A stretch of 53,217 nucleotides of DNA from an uncultured Staphylococcus sp. (GCA_964579925.1 CAZOHK010000001.1:1-53217); one strand, 5' to 3'. Positions 34,718 through 45,433 are shown, counted from the stretch's first letter. Numbers and translations are program-made. Notes: generated from the letters alone by a model not told the origin.

Positions 34718-35461
34718 ATGACCTTTGGAGGTTTCCATGTCGGTATTATTGACGTTGTAATTGTTTTGTTGACACTTGTGTTTGCCATTTCTGGTTTCAA
34801 AAACGGATTGTTTAAAGAAATTACAGGGATCGCCGTTTTTTTTGCTGCGATTGCGTTAAGTGTTTTACTTGCCAGTTTGGTTGAAGATATCTTGATTAAT
34901 GGTTCAACCGTTTATCAAATGTTATTTGATACCTTGAGTGGAAGTGTGTTTACAGGTAATGCAGCCTATGAAATTGTGTTGGATTCAACTCAACCGGATA
35001 TCCTCACAACGATTGCAACCGGTTTAACTCAAATCGGTGTTCCAGATTTTATTTCATCAACTTTAGCTCCCAACTTAGGCTTAGGATCTTTTGATGGAAC
35101 CCTTGGCAACGGTTTAGCAACTGCTGCTAGTTATTTCATTGTCCTCATTGCAAGTTACCTTGGAACCTTCCTTGTGGCTTGGTTATTGCTTTTAATCCTC
35201 ACTAGCCAAATCAAAAAGTTAATCAAAGACTTTAAATTCTTTAAGTTTATTGATTCCGTATTAGGCATCGGTCTTGGATTAGTTCGAGGGGCGGTTGTGG
35301 TTGGCATCATCCTATTCATTGCCATTCTCGTTTCATCCGTTGTTCCTCAAGTATCAGAGTTCATCAACGCGGATCTTTCCACCGATACGGAAGTATTTTC
35401 GATTGGAAAAACCATCTACGAATTTGCGACCTCACTCTTGAGTCCCTTCCTTTCACTCTAA
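34718..35461 (+). CDS. CvpA-family membrane protein
   Basis: The ATG at 34718 is 8 nt after GGAGG. N-terminus IIDVVIVLLTLVFAISGFKNGLFKE is typical of the CvpA family. Multi-TM. Confidence 0.7.
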   Translation: MTFGGFHVGIIDVVIVLLTLVFAISGFKNGLFKEITGIAVFFAAIALSVLLASLVEDILINGSTVYQMLFDTLSGSVFTGNAAYEIVLDSTQPDILTTIATGLTQIGVPDFISSTLAPNLGLGSFDGTLGNGLATAASYFIVLIASYLGTFLVAWLLLLILTSQIKKLIKDFKFFKFIDSVLGIGLGLVRGAVVVGIILFIAILVSSVVPQVSEFINADLSTDTEVFSIGKTIYEFATSLLSPFLSL

Positions 35462-35530
35462 CTTTATCCATGAATTCGTTTGCATAGCGTTTATCGATAT
35501 CTCGATATCTTTTTAGTGTAAAATTGAAAC

Positions 35531-36424
35531 GTGATGGAGGTAATGATAAAGAAAAATGAACGTTATGAACTAAATAAAAATCTTGCACAAATGTTAAAAG
35601 GTGGCGTCATCATGGACGTTTGTAATGTGGAGCAAGCCAAGATTGCAGAAGCTGCTGGGGCGGTTGCGGTGATGGCATTAGAACGCATTCCTGCTGATAT
35701 TCGCGCCGCTGGTGGTGTAGCAAGAATGAGTGATCCAAAAATGATTGAAGCGATTCAAAAAGCAGTCACGATTCCCGTCATGGCAAAAGTTCGGATTGGT
35801 CATTTTGTTGAAGCCCAAATCCTTCAAGCATTAGAAATTGACTATATTGATGAATCTGAAGTCTTAACGATGGCAGACGACACGCTACATATTAATAAAC
35901 ATCCTTTTCAAGTTCCGTTTGTTTGCGGAGCAAAAGATTTAGGTGAAGCATTGCGCAGAATTTCCGAAGGTGCTTCCATGATTCGCTCCAAGGGCGAAGC
36001 AGGCACAGGTGATGTTATTCAAGCAGTTCGCCACATGCGCGCGATCATTAGTGAAATGCGCCGTATCCAATCCTTAAACGAAGACGAACTCTATGTGTTA
36101 CAAAAACAATGGGGTGTTTCTTTAGATTTAATTCAATACGTTCATAAACATGGCAAATTGCCAGTGGTTTTGTTTTCTGCAGGTGGGGTTGCGACGCCCG
36201 CCGATGCGGCATTGATGATGCAACTAGGTGCTGAAGGTGTTTTTGTCGGATCTGGTATCTTTAAATCCGGTGATCCAAAAAAACGTGCAGAGGCAATTGT
36301 TAAAGCAGTCACGAATTTCCGAAATCCAAAAGTCTTACTTGAAGTCTCGCGCGATTTAGGTGAAGCCATGGTTGGATTAAACGAAGATCAAATTAAAGTC
36401 TTAATGGCTGAACGAGGCAAGTAG
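35531..36424 (+). CDS. pdxS: Pyridoxal 5'-phosphate synthase, synthase subunit
   Basis: Near-identical blocks to B. subtilis PdxS: [29 protein letters not shown]-like, [17 protein letters not shown]. Start ambiguous (GTG 35531, ATG 35534 or ATG 35543). Confidence 0.93.
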   Translation: MMEVMIKKNERYELNKNLAQMLKGGVIMDVCNVEQAKIAEAAGAVAVMALERIPADIRAAGGVARMSDPKMIEAIQKAVTIPVMAKVRIGHFVEAQILQALEIDYIDESEVLTMADDTLHINKHPFQVPFVCGAKDLGEALRRISEGASMIRSKGEAGTGDVIQAVRHMRAIISEMRRIQSLNEDELYVLQKQWGVSLDLIQYVHKHGKLPVVLFSAGGVATPADAALMMQLGAEGVFVGSGIFKSGDPKKRAEAIVKAVTNFRNPKVLLEVSRDLGEAMVGLNEDQIKVLMAERGK

Positions 36425-36429
36425 TTCCT

Positions 36430-36996
36430 TTGCGTATTGGCGTCCTCGCGTTACAAGGCGCATTCATTGAACACCGCCACACCTTGACCACGATGGGTGT
36501 TGATCATTTTGAAATTCGCCAAAAACAAGATCTGGATCAACCTTTTGATGGTTTAATTTTACCGGGTGGAGAAAGTACAACCCAAGGAAGACTATTAAAG
36601 GAGTTGGGTTTATTTGAACCCTTAAAAAAGAAAATCTCTCAAGGATTGCCAACCCTAGGAACATGTGCGGGTATGATTTTGCTCGCCACATCGATCAGCA
36701 ATGAATCCTATCATCATTTTGGAACCTTACCGATCGAAGTGACCAGAAATTATTTTGGTCGCCAACTCGGGAGTTTTCATCGTGAAGTAGTCTTGGATGG
36801 CAAAAAAATTGATTTAACTTTTATCCGCGCCCCCATCGTCAAAGCAGTTAAACCAAATGTGAAGGTCTTACTTAAAGTCGATGATCTAATTGTCGCTGTT
36901 CAATACGGTAACCAAATTGGTTTATCGTTTCATCCAGAACTTACCAAGCAAACGTATTTTCATGAAAAATTATTAAATCTGATTCAAAAGAAATAA
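36430..36996 (+). CDS. pdxT: Pyridoxal 5'-phosphate synthase, glutaminase subunit
   Basis: 188 aa with a TTG start. Motifs IGVLALQGAF, LPGGEST, GTCAGMILL (catalytic Cys), FHPE. Confidence 0.9.
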   Translation: MRIGVLALQGAFIEHRHTLTTMGVDHFEIRQKQDLDQPFDGLILPGGESTTQGRLLKELGLFEPLKKKISQGLPTLGTCAGMILLATSISNESYHHFGTLPIEVTRNYFGRQLGSFHREVVLDGKKIDLTFIRAPIVKAVKPNVKVLLKVDDLIVAVQYGNQIGLSFHPELTKQTYFHEKLLNLIQKK

Positions 36997-36998
36997 AG

Positions 36999-37904
36999 AT
37001 GAAAGCTCAAACCACTCGAGTCAACAAACGCTCGATGCACGTTCAAGGCTTTAGTTTGGCGTTATTATCTGCAATCTTTTTTAGTTTCAATGTTCCAGTG
37101 ACCAAGTGGTTACTGACTTATGTTTCACCCTATTGGTTGGCAAGTTTGTTATATGCTGGCTCAGGCATCGGTACCTTTATATTTAAAAAACTTCAGGTTC
37201 GAAGCATTGAAAAAATCAAACCCGTTCGATATCGGTTGAGTTGGTTTGCTTTGATGATTGTGCTGGATATCATTGCCCCAATTTTCTTTTTATTCGGATC
37301 AATCCAAACCGATGGGAATTTAATTGGGTTGCTCTCGAACGCAGAACTGATCTTTACACTGGTCTTTGCGATCATCTTATTTAAAGAATCCTTGAATGGT
37401 TTATCTTGGAGTTCGTTATGTTTAATTTTGGCAGGTATATTCGTCGCGAATATCGGAGTCAATTTGAATACCTTTAACGTGAACGGTATCTTCATAATCA
37501 TTGCGGCGTTGTTGTGGGGTTTTGAAAATAACATCTCTAGAAAACTTAGTTTTGGAAACCCACTTGACGTTGTCATCATTAAAGGTTTCGGGACAGGAAT
37601 TGGAACCTTGATCATCGGGCTTGTGCTCAACGAATCAATTCCTAACCTGTTTTGGATAGGGCTTGGATTGGTTTTTGGTTTTTTAATTTATGGGGTTAGT
37701 TTGATTTTTTATGTCACGAGTCAACGTCAATTTGGAGCGGCAAAAGTACAATTGATTCAAAGCTTTGCACCCATTCTTGGAGGCATCATTGCTTGGTTCG
37801 TGTTTCAAGAAACGTTGATGGCCAGAACCCTTCTTGGATATGGATTGGTCATCATCGCATTAATTTTGATGGGTTATGACGCGATGCGAAAACCACAACC
37901 ATAA
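36999..37904 (+). CDS. DMT-superfamily (EamA-like) transporter
   Basis: 301 aa, about 10 TM segments in two EamA-like halves. Starts 2 nt after the pdxT stop. Confidence 0.75.
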   Translation: MKAQTTRVNKRSMHVQGFSLALLSAIFFSFNVPVTKWLLTYVSPYWLASLLYAGSGIGTFIFKKLQVRSIEKIKPVRYRLSWFALMIVLDIIAPIFFLFGSIQTDGNLIGLLSNAELIFTLVFAIILFKESLNGLSWSSLCLILAGIFVANIGVNLNTFNVNGIFIIIAALLWGFENNISRKLSFGNPLDVVIIKGFGTGIGTLIIGLVLNESIPNLFWIGLGLVFGFLIYGVSLIFYVTSQRQFGAAKVQLIQSFAPILGGIIAWFVFQETLMARTLLGYGLVIIALILMGYDAMRKPQP

Positions 37905-37964
37905 GATAGCGGTTTCAATCATTTCCACCCCCTTTTTACCAAGAAATAGCATAAAATAAAGAAG

Positions 37965-39800
37965 ATGAAAAACCTTAAAATCGCCCTTGGGCAAATGCGG
38001 GTCATACCTGGTCAACCTTCACAAAATTTTGCAACGCTTGCAAACATGGTAGCGGATGCAAAACGCCAACTGGTTGATTTGATCGTCTTCCCAGAACTGT
38101 GCATCACCGGTTATTTAATTGGTGATCAATTCTTAGACAATGAATGGGTTGATTTTGCAGTCTCGTTTAATGAAAAAATTAAAAACCTTTCAAAAGATAT
38201 CATCATTGTATGGGGAAATGTTTTTACGCTTGGCGCAAACCCAGCTATCACCAACAACGATTCACGATTAGCAAAATTAAATGCAGCGTTTATGGCCTAT
38301 AACGGTCAGTATTTAAATAGAAGCAACGGGGTTTATCCAGGAGTTTACCCAAAACGATTATTCCCAAACTATCGGATGTTTGATGACCAACGATATTTTT
38401 TACCTGGTCGAGAATTTGAAGAAAAATTAAACTTAAAAGTCAAATCTTTTTTAGATCCTTTAACGGTCGTTTATCAAGGTGAAACCATTCGTTTTGGACT
38501 AGAGGTTTGTGAAGATATGTGGGATGCTGCCTATGGTTTTTCACCTTCTCAAGAATACTTAAAGCAAGGTGTGGATTTACTGATTAACATTTCTGCTTCT
38601 CCATGGACACTTGATAAAGAAAAGTCTCGGCAAGAACAAATTAAAAAACATGCAAGGGTTCCTTTTATTTTTGTGAATAAAGTTGGCGCGGATAACAATG
38701 GTAAGAATGTGGTCTTGTTTGAAGGTGGCTCGATGGTTTTTAATTCAAAGGGCGAATTAACGATTCAAGCTAATGAATTAGCTGAACCGGAATTACTCGT
38801 CAAACACATTCAAGATATTCATCGATTACCTGCGCAACCGAAAAAGCTTTATGCGATGTTAAAAAAAGGAATTGCGTACTTTGATGAACAACTCTTCCAA
38901 AAAAAGGTGCCATGGATTGTCGGATTATCTGGCGGCATAGATAGTGCAGTTTCTACAGCGTTACTTACCGAAGTGGTTGGTAAAGATCGCGTTTTTGCTT
39001 ATTCGTTACCGACACCTTTCAATAGTGACGCGACCAAACAAAATGCACGTGATATCGCTCAATCACTTGGCATTCATTTCCAGGAAATTAGCATTCAACC
39101 AATCGTGGATGCATTTGTTCAGTTACAACCACAAACCGATCTGCTCACCAAAGAGAATATCCAAGCTCGTGTCCGTGGCAGTGTATTGATGAATCTTGCC
39201 GCTGAGAAAAAAGGCGTTGTCTTAAATAACGGAAACAAAATTGAAATCGCGTTAGGATATACAACCCTTTATGGGGATACGATTGGTGCAATCGCCCCCC
39301 TTGGTGATTTAACCAAGATGCAAATTAACGAATTGGCGACATGGATTAACGAGCACTGGAAAAAAACAATCATTCCTAAGAACTTAATTGCAACCATCAA
39401 GGACGGCGTACCAACCTTCGCTTTAAAACCATCCGCAGAATTAAAGACCAACCAAGTCGATCCAATGAAGTGGGGTTACCATGATTGGTTAATCCATGAG
39501 CTGTTAAGTTTTCCTTCGCTCGCACCTGAACGTATCTTAATGATGTATCATCAAAAAAAATTACCTCCTGTTGTTGAAACCTTGGTCCGCCATTACGGTT
39601 TGACAGATGGTAATCTGTTTGTTCAAGATCTTGAATGGGTTTTAAACCTATGGAATCGTTCTTATTTTAAACGGGTTCAAATGCCACCTAACATCATCAT
39701 CTCTAAAGGTGCATTTGGATATGACTACCGCGAAGCACAAGTGGCTTATGAAAAAACAGCACATTATCTAGAACTCGTTCGTTTGATTCGCCATGACTAA
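37965..39800 (+). CDS. nadE: Glutamine-dependent NAD+ synthetase
   Basis: 611 aa. N-terminal CN-hydrolase domain (FPELCITGY, LEVCEDMW) and a C-terminal synthetase with PP-loop GLSGGIDSAV. Confidence 0.9.
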   Translation: MKNLKIALGQMRVIPGQPSQNFATLANMVADAKRQLVDLIVFPELCITGYLIGDQFLDNEWVDFAVSFNEKIKNLSKDIIIVWGNVFTLGANPAITNNDSRLAKLNAAFMAYNGQYLNRSNGVYPGVYPKRLFPNYRMFDDQRYFLPGREFEEKLNLKVKSFLDPLTVVYQGETIRFGLEVCEDMWDAAYGFSPSQEYLKQGVDLLINISASPWTLDKEKSRQEQIKKHARVPFIFVNKVGADNNGKNVVLFEGGSMVFNSKGELTIQANELAEPELLVKHIQDIHRLPAQPKKLYAMLKKGIAYFDEQLFQKKVPWIVGLSGGIDSAVSTALLTEVVGKDRVFAYSLPTPFNSDATKQNARDIAQSLGIHFQEISIQPIVDAFVQLQPQTDLLTKENIQARVRGSVLMNLAAEKKGVVLNNGNKIEIALGYTTLYGDTIGAIAPLGDLTKMQINELATWINEHWKKTIIPKNLIATIKDGVPTFALKPSAELKTNQVDPMKWGYHDWLIHELLSFPSLAPERILMMYHQKKLPPVVETLVRHYGLTDGNLFVQDLEWVLNLWNRSYFKRVQMPPNIIISKGAFGYDYREAQVAYEKTAHYLELVRLIRHD

Positions 39801-40563
39801 TTTTCACCAAGCACCGGCAACGTTCATCCAAAACATTTCCATCAATGTTAACGACCGTAAAATGATGGTTCAATTTTATCAGTGGATAGGTATGATAGTT
39901 TTATCTGAAACCCCAACCTCAACAACGCTCGGGACCTCCCAACCATTCCTCACGCTCATCCATGATCGACCTTACGCCGTTGAGAAAAAACCCACTCAAG
40001 GTTTATACCATGTTGCTTATTTAGTTCCAGATCGACAAACGTTGGGCAGTGTACTCAACCATTTGCTGCAAGCGCGGTATCCGTTGCAAGGCCTTTCTGA
40101 TCATGGCGTTTCGGAAGCTATTTATTTAGCAGACCCAGAAGGAAATGGGATTGAAATTTATGCAGATCGTGATCCTAAAGATTGGCCTAAAGAAGGCAAC
40201 CAATTAAGCATGATCACGGATATGATGGCATACAAAGATGTACTCACCTTGGCAAAACCTTTCAAAACATTTCCCAAAGATACGGTACTTGGTCACCTTC
40301 ATCTTCATGTGGGTCGTTTAAACGACGCAACGTTACATTATCAACAATATTTTAAATTTGACATCATGCAGCATTACGGAGACAGTGCTACATTTCTTTC
40401 TTCGCATGGATATCACCATCATTTAGGGATTAACACCTGGCGAGGAAAAGATGTGCCAAAAAAAGACCCATTCACAACCGGCATCATCGGTTATCAAGTG
40501 TTCGGTAAAAACTTGAAATCATTTGTTGATATCGTTGGTTTAAACGTGACGGTTAGGTTTTAA
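39793..40563 (+). CDS. VOC (glyoxalase/extradiol dioxygenase) superfamily protein with two VOC modules
   Basis: 256 aa. Motifs GLYHVAY, DPEGNGIEIY, HLHLHV and HHHLGINTW resemble Bacillus YfiE/CatE-type proteins. 8-nt overlap with the nadE stop. Confidence 0.7.
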   Translation: MTNFHQAPATFIQNISINVNDRKMMVQFYQWIGMIVLSETPTSTTLGTSQPFLTLIHDRPYAVEKKPTQGLYHVAYLVPDRQTLGSVLNHLLQARYPLQGLSDHGVSEAIYLADPEGNGIEIYADRDPKDWPKEGNQLSMITDMMAYKDVLTLAKPFKTFPKDTVLGHLHLHVGRLNDATLHYQQYFKFDIMQHYGDSATFLSSHGYHHHLGINTWRGKDVPKKDPFTTGIIGYQVFGKNLKSFVDIVGLNVTVRF

Positions 40564-41726
40564 AATAATAATCCAACAACCATTACAAGCAAGACAATGA
40601 ATGGAGCCGGTATTTTCCTGATGAATAAAAGGAAGGTTGTCAGTACCACATAAGTGTAGGTTAACCATGATGGTGTTAATAAACTTAGCTGCGTCAATGC
40701 AGTGAGTGAGATCAATGCTGCAGTGGCAACCCGAATGCCTGATAACATTTGTTTCATCCATTGCCGTTTTCTTAATGCTTGCCAAATCGGATAAACAAAA
40801 TAAACGAGTAAAATTCCTGGTAAAAAAATCACGAGACCAGAGGTTATCCCAATCAGCCAAGAGAATGAATCTCCAGCAGAAGCTTGCGCCCCAACAAAAG
40901 CCGCAAAGCTAAACAAAGGACCAGGTATGGCTTGATCGATTGCATAACCTGCTAAAAAGGTTTCTAAAGAAATAAAAGTCTGTTGAGTGACAAGATCCTG
41001 AATCATATACGGAATCACAATTTGACCGCCGCCGATCACGGAATATCCATAACGATAAAATGATGTCATCAATTGAAACCATGGTTGTTGAATCGAGGTT
41101 AATAAGAGTAGGTTTACCAGTGCGATGCCAACCACTAACATTAACCAAATCCAAGGCACGCGAACGGAAACACTTGGGGCTTTGGATTGAATGGGATGCC
41201 AAATCCATTTGATCAAACCAGCGAGGATGAGAATCATGGGAACCGACCAACTGGCATAAGGTAACAATAAGAAACCCACCACAACAGATAAGAAAAATAA
41301 AATCCAATCGTCTTGTTTTTGAAGTACTTTTTTTGATAGTGACCAACCAGCGTATGCAATAAATCCAATTGCAATCGAAGGAAGAATATTGAATAGAATT
41401 GAGAATTGGTTTTGATTGATCACCACATCAAAGAAAACACCAACAAACGTCATGATTAAAATTGCTGGAAATGCCCAGACCATAAAGGTTAGGAATGCTA
41501 ACAGTGGTCCACCCACCATATAACCAATCGCGGTTATCGTTTGGGTACTACTCGGTCCTGGAACAAACGCAAAAACACCAATCATTTCTGAAAGGGTTTC
41601 TTCATCTAGGTGTTTCTTTTTTTGGACAAGGATGTTTGAAAACACGCCATAATGTGCCTCTGGACCGCCAAAGCTACTAAGTGAACAAATCAGGACATCA
41701 AGTAGAAAGCCTAGATATTTCCTCAT
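40560..41726 (-). CDS. chrA: Chromate ion transporter (CHR family, two-domain form)
   Basis: The ATG at 41726 forms an ATGA overlap with the upstream stop. Polytopic, with duplicated CHR-like blocks FGGPEAH... and SVIGGGQIVIP. Confidence 0.8.
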   Translation of the reverse strand: MRKYLGFLLDVLICSLSSFGGPEAHYGVFSNILVQKKKHLDEETLSEMIGVFAFVPGPSSTQTITAIGYMVGGPLLAFLTFMVWAFPAILIMTFVGVFFDVVINQNQFSILFNILPSIAIGFIAYAGWSLSKKVLQKQDDWILFFLSVVVGFLLLPYASWSVPMILILAGLIKWIWHPIQSKAPSVSVRVPWIWLMLVVGIALVNLLLLTSIQQPWFQLMTSFYRYGYSVIGGGQIVIPYMIQDLVTQQTFISLETFLAGYAIDQAIPGPLFSFAAFVGAQASAGDSFSWLIGITSGLVIFLPGILLVYFVYPIWQALRKRQWMKQMLSGIRVATAALISLTALTQLSLLTPSWLTYTYVVLTTFLLFIRKIPAPFIVLLVMVVGLLF

Positions 41727-42064
41727 GATTGATCTTGAATCCACACGGCGAGGGTATTTAACGCATGAACAGGAAGTGATGCTGTATGAGGAATCCTCCA
41801 TGCACCTTTACTGGTCATCGCTTCAGGAAAAATGGTTAATAAGTACGTGATGCCTTTGGGCCCGGGATAAATACCAAGATGGTGTTCATAATAGGCAAGA
41901 TGAACCAAATTATTTTTACCTTTAAAGGTTGGCATTTGATAACTCATCACGAGATTTGCATCCTTAAGATGAGAAGAAAAGATTCGAAAAACCTTTTTTA
42001 ATCGAGTTTGAACTTGACTCGGTGCGTGTTGAATGTAGCTTTCAAATATTGTTGGATATGTCAT
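41723..42064 (-). CDS. DUF1801 (YdhG-like) domain protein
   Basis: The ATG at 42064 (MTYPTIFESYI) gives 113 aa. The pattern SYQMPTFKGKNNLVHLAYYEHHLGIYPG is typical of DUF1801. Confidence 0.6.
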   Translation of the reverse strand: MTYPTIFESYIQHAPSQVQTRLKKVFRIFSSHLKDANLVMSYQMPTFKGKNNLVHLAYYEHHLGIYPGPKGITYLLTIFPEAMTSKGAWRIPHTASLPVHALNTLAVWIQDQS

Positions 42065-42121
42065 TTTATTTCCAAAATCATTATAAAGGTTTAAAATAAA
42101 TCTCAATAGAGGAATGACATC

Positions 42122-43651
42122 ATGGAAAAAAAACAAAACCCCGAGGTTGCAATATTATTAGCAGCGTTTGATAAACATCACGAGAAAACCAAAGCTCTTG
42201 ATTACGTGATGAACGTCGCCAATTTTGACGCTGCTACAATTGCACCAAAAAACGATGGTGCAGTCAATGAACGTTCTCAAGCGATGGGTTTTTGGGCACT
42301 TGAAGGTTTCAACCACCAAAACAACCCAGATTATGACAAGCTTATTGCCAAGCTTGCTTCCCATGCAGATTCATTGACTCCGGAGATGAAGCGAACACTT
42401 GTATTGGTAAGAAAACGAATTGATCAACTTAAAAAGATTGATCCAAAAGATTACCAAGACTTTGCAATCCTATTATCCCAAGCACAAACGGTATGGGAAA
42501 AAGCAAAAGAAAAAAATGATTTCCCAAGCTATGCCCCTTACTTAGAAAAAATCCTTGGTTATGTTAGGAAATTTGCAACCTTAACCAAAACGGTAGAAGG
42601 ACCTTTATACAATCAACTCCTTGATGATTATGAAGAAGGAAACACGATTGAAAAATTAGATGCTTTCTTTGCAACCCTAAAAGCAAGAATTGTCCCACTA
42701 TTAAAAAAGATTCAACAATCCAAAGTAAAGATTCGTACAGACTTTATGTCACGTAAGTTTGCCAAACATGACCAATTGGATTATGCAAAAAAACTATTAA
42801 CCTTCATCGGTTACGACATGAATGCCGGTCTTCTTGCCGAATCGGTACACCCATTTAGTAGCGAAATTAGCCCAAGTGATGTTCGCGTGACCACCCACGT
42901 CTATGAAGATAACTTCATTTCAAGTATTTACTCCACCGCCCACGAAGGTGGTCATGGTATCTACGAACAAAACATTGGCCCAAAATTAAAAGGCACCTTA
43001 CTTGGTGGTGGTGCTGCGATGTCGATTCACGAATCCCAATCACGCTTTTATGAAAACGTACTCGGTCGCTCTTATGGATTTACAAAACTAGTCTTTCCTC
43101 AACTGAAGAAACAATTTAAAGAACAATTTAAAGATGTCTTCATTGATGAATACTATCAAGCGATCAACGAAGTCAAAGCGTCGTTAATTCGAACTGAATC
43201 CGATGAATTAACTTATAGTCTTCACGTCATGGTCCGTTATGAAATTGAAAAACGTCTCATCGATGGTTCCTTAAAAGTGAAGGATTTACCAAAAGCTTGG
43301 AATGAACTTTATGAAAATTACCTTGGTGTCAAACCAAGTAATGACCGTGAGGGCTGCTTACAAGATGTCCATTGGTCCGGTGGTTCATTTGGTTATTTCC
43401 CTTCTTATGCATTAGGTAATGCCATTTCCATTCAATTACTAAAGACAATGGAGAAAACCTTATCGTTGGAAAAAACGATCGCAAGTGAAAACTTAATCCC
43501 CATTCGTGATTGGTTTTCAAAGCATGTCTATGTTCACGGAAAAATGTATCCGCCTTTTGTCTTGTTAAAGAAGGTCACCGGTGAAGATTTAAATCCATCA
43601 TATTATTGTGACTATTTAGAAGCAAAATTTAGCAAAATCTACAAGATTTAA
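42122..43651 (+). CDS. M32 carboxypeptidase (Taq-type metallocarboxypeptidase)
   Basis: 509 aa. Motifs HEGGHGIYEQ (HExxH), IHESQSRFYEN, DVHWSGGSFGYFPSY. Confidence 0.9.
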   Translation: MEKKQNPEVAILLAAFDKHHEKTKALDYVMNVANFDAATIAPKNDGAVNERSQAMGFWALEGFNHQNNPDYDKLIAKLASHADSLTPEMKRTLVLVRKRIDQLKKIDPKDYQDFAILLSQAQTVWEKAKEKNDFPSYAPYLEKILGYVRKFATLTKTVEGPLYNQLLDDYEEGNTIEKLDAFFATLKARIVPLLKKIQQSKVKIRTDFMSRKFAKHDQLDYAKKLLTFIGYDMNAGLLAESVHPFSSEISPSDVRVTTHVYEDNFISSIYSTAHEGGHGIYEQNIGPKLKGTLLGGGAAMSIHESQSRFYENVLGRSYGFTKLVFPQLKKQFKEQFKDVFIDEYYQAINEVKASLIRTESDELTYSLHVMVRYEIEKRLIDGSLKVKDLPKAWNELYENYLGVKPSNDREGCLQDVHWSGGSFGYFPSYALGNAISIQLLKTMEKTLSLEKTIASENLIPIRDWFSKHVYVHGKMYPPFVLLKKVTGEDLNPSYYCDYLEAKFSKIYKI

Positions 43652-43717
43652 ACATTTTCTTTGACTCGTGATTCATTTGATTGACTTATTTTTGGCGTTC
43701 TTTAAAATAGTCATCAT

Positions 43718-44887
43718 ATGAACTTTTCAAAAGTATCCTTCATCCTCCAATCAATTGCGATGATGATTTTACTTGGGTCCGTTTATCTATGGGGTGTTTT
43801 TCGTGTTGACGTCGAATTAGTCTTTGGTGTGAATGCAAGTTTAAGTGGATTACCTTATATGGTGTCCTTGGTCAGTTATGCATTGTCGATGTTTGTCGCG
43901 GGAAGATACATGAAGACACATCGTTCATGGATTATTTGGATTGGTGTGAGTAGTTTCGTCCTTGGTTTTTGGTTAGCCAGTATGAGTACAGCGTTCTATC
44001 AACTCGTGTTAAGTTATGGTTTTTTAATTGGAACCGGTGTTGGTTTACTTTATGGGGTACCCATTTATATTGTTCAACAATCCTTTGAAAAAAACATTGG
44101 GTGGTACTCTGGATTAATCCTCATGGGTTTTGGTTTATCGAATACTATCATGACGCCAATCGTGAATACCGTCCTTGCGAACCAATCCATCCAAGACACG
44201 ATGATGTTGTTGGGTTGGCTTGCACTCGGTGTCTTTTCTTTGACGATCTGGCCTTTATTTCAAAAACTACCACAACCAACAATTCAATTATCTTTACCTG
44301 TTAAGAGTTACGATAAGCCAGCTTTTCGTTCTTTATATGTTGTCTATATCCTAAGTCTTATATCTGGTTTAACCATCGTCGGCATCACGTATCGTGTTGG
44401 CATCATCAGTTACGAATTTGATGATCAATTCATTACGATTGCGATTAGTATCTTTGCCTTCTTTAATGGTGTCTCTCGACCTTTTTTTGGCGGTTTGGTT
44501 GACCGCTTTGGTTTTTTTAAGGTTGCGTTTTATAGTTTAATGTCGTTGGTCGCCAGTGGGTTCATATCGTTGTTTAACAATGGTCAATATCCATTTTTAT
44601 TCGCCATCAGTTATGGTGCATTTTGGTTTGGTTTAGGAAATTGGATGGCATTGATGCCATTATCGATTAAGACGATTTTTGACAAATCTTTATTCTCGAA
44701 ACTTTACGGTAAATTGTTTACAGCATACGGTGTCGCGGCTGTGATTGGAACTTTATTTTCTGGGGCCATTCTTGACCTAACCCAAACCACATGGCCAATT
44801 TACGCATTGATTGTATGTGCCAATGTCGTTAACTTATTCTTAGTGTTATGGTTAAAACAACGATATCAATTAAAGTTTTTTAAGTAG
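43718..44887 (+). CDS. MFS transporter (oxalate/formate antiporter-like)
   Basis: 389 aa with about 12 TM segments and an MFS-like loop GRYMKTHR. Confidence 0.75.
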   Translation: MNFSKVSFILQSIAMMILLGSVYLWGVFRVDVELVFGVNASLSGLPYMVSLVSYALSMFVAGRYMKTHRSWIIWIGVSSFVLGFWLASMSTAFYQLVLSYGFLIGTGVGLLYGVPIYIVQQSFEKNIGWYSGLILMGFGLSNTIMTPIVNTVLANQSIQDTMMLLGWLALGVFSLTIWPLFQKLPQPTIQLSLPVKSYDKPAFRSLYVVYILSLISGLTIVGITYRVGIISYEFDDQFITIAISIFAFFNGVSRPFFGGLVDRFGFFKVAFYSLMSLVASGFISLFNNGQYPFLFAISYGAFWFGLGNWMALMPLSIKTIFDKSLFSKLYGKLFTAYGVAAVIGTLFSGAILDLTQTTWPIYALIVCANVVNLFLVLWLKQRYQLKFFK

Positions 44888-45433
44888 TGCGATTTTTGCA
44901 AAAGCTTTTTGATAAATGGGAATCATTCTTGGTTCGTGGACAATCTTTAAGACCGTGGAAATCGGAAACCATTTTACTCCAGAGTTTTCTTCGATATTCA
45001 CAATTGGTTTTTCTTTTTCATCTGCAATCACAAGATAGGTGGCGTTCAAATGAAGGTGGTCACTGACGTGTTTGCCGTGCTTGATGTGGTTGGGAACATA
45101 GATGGTGTCTAACATAAACACATCTGTGGAATAAGGTCGAATCTTTTTGAGCCCAGATTCTTCTTCTGTTTCTTTTAAGGCGACATGGAGCATGTCGTCA
45201 TCGCCATCATTATGGCCGCCTAACCAACCCCATGACTTATAAATATTATGATGGGCAAATAGTACTTTATCCATCCGTTCATTAACAACAATGGTTGAGA
45301 CTGTGAAGTGGGCAATCAGGTTGGTCCGAAGCAAGTAATCCGGATTGCGGTCAATAAACGCCAAAATGGCACGCTTATCAAAAGCTTCCTGTTCGTTGAA
45401 TGGTTGATAAGCTTGAATGATTTGCTTTAACAT
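44870..45433 (-). CDS. NUDIX hydrolase
   Basis: 187 aa. Nudix box GGHNDGDDDMLHVALKETEEESGL. Confidence 0.8.
   Translation of the reverse strand: MLKQIIQAYQPFNEQEAFDKRAILAFIDRNPDYLLRTNLIAHFTVSTIVVNERMDKVLFAHHNIYKSWGWLGGHNDGDDDMLHVALKETEEESGLKKIRPYSTDVFMLDTIYVPNHIKHGKHVSDHLHLNATYLVIADEKEKPIVNIEENSGVKWFPISTVLKIVHEPRMIPIYQKAFAKIALLKKL

Noticed and set aside
40540-41346. ORFs nested in other frames or on the opposite strand of real genes. Examples: 40540-40860 and 40909-41346 inside chrA, 700-1040 inside the BMP gene, 11478-11783 inside tsaC, 37193-37630 inside the EamA gene, 23026-23715 opposite the XRE gene, and about 35 others in the ORF track.
   Set aside because: They are short, low-complexity or compositionally odd, lack motifs, and each is fully contained in a longer ORF with clear homology. 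I treat them as shadow ORFs.
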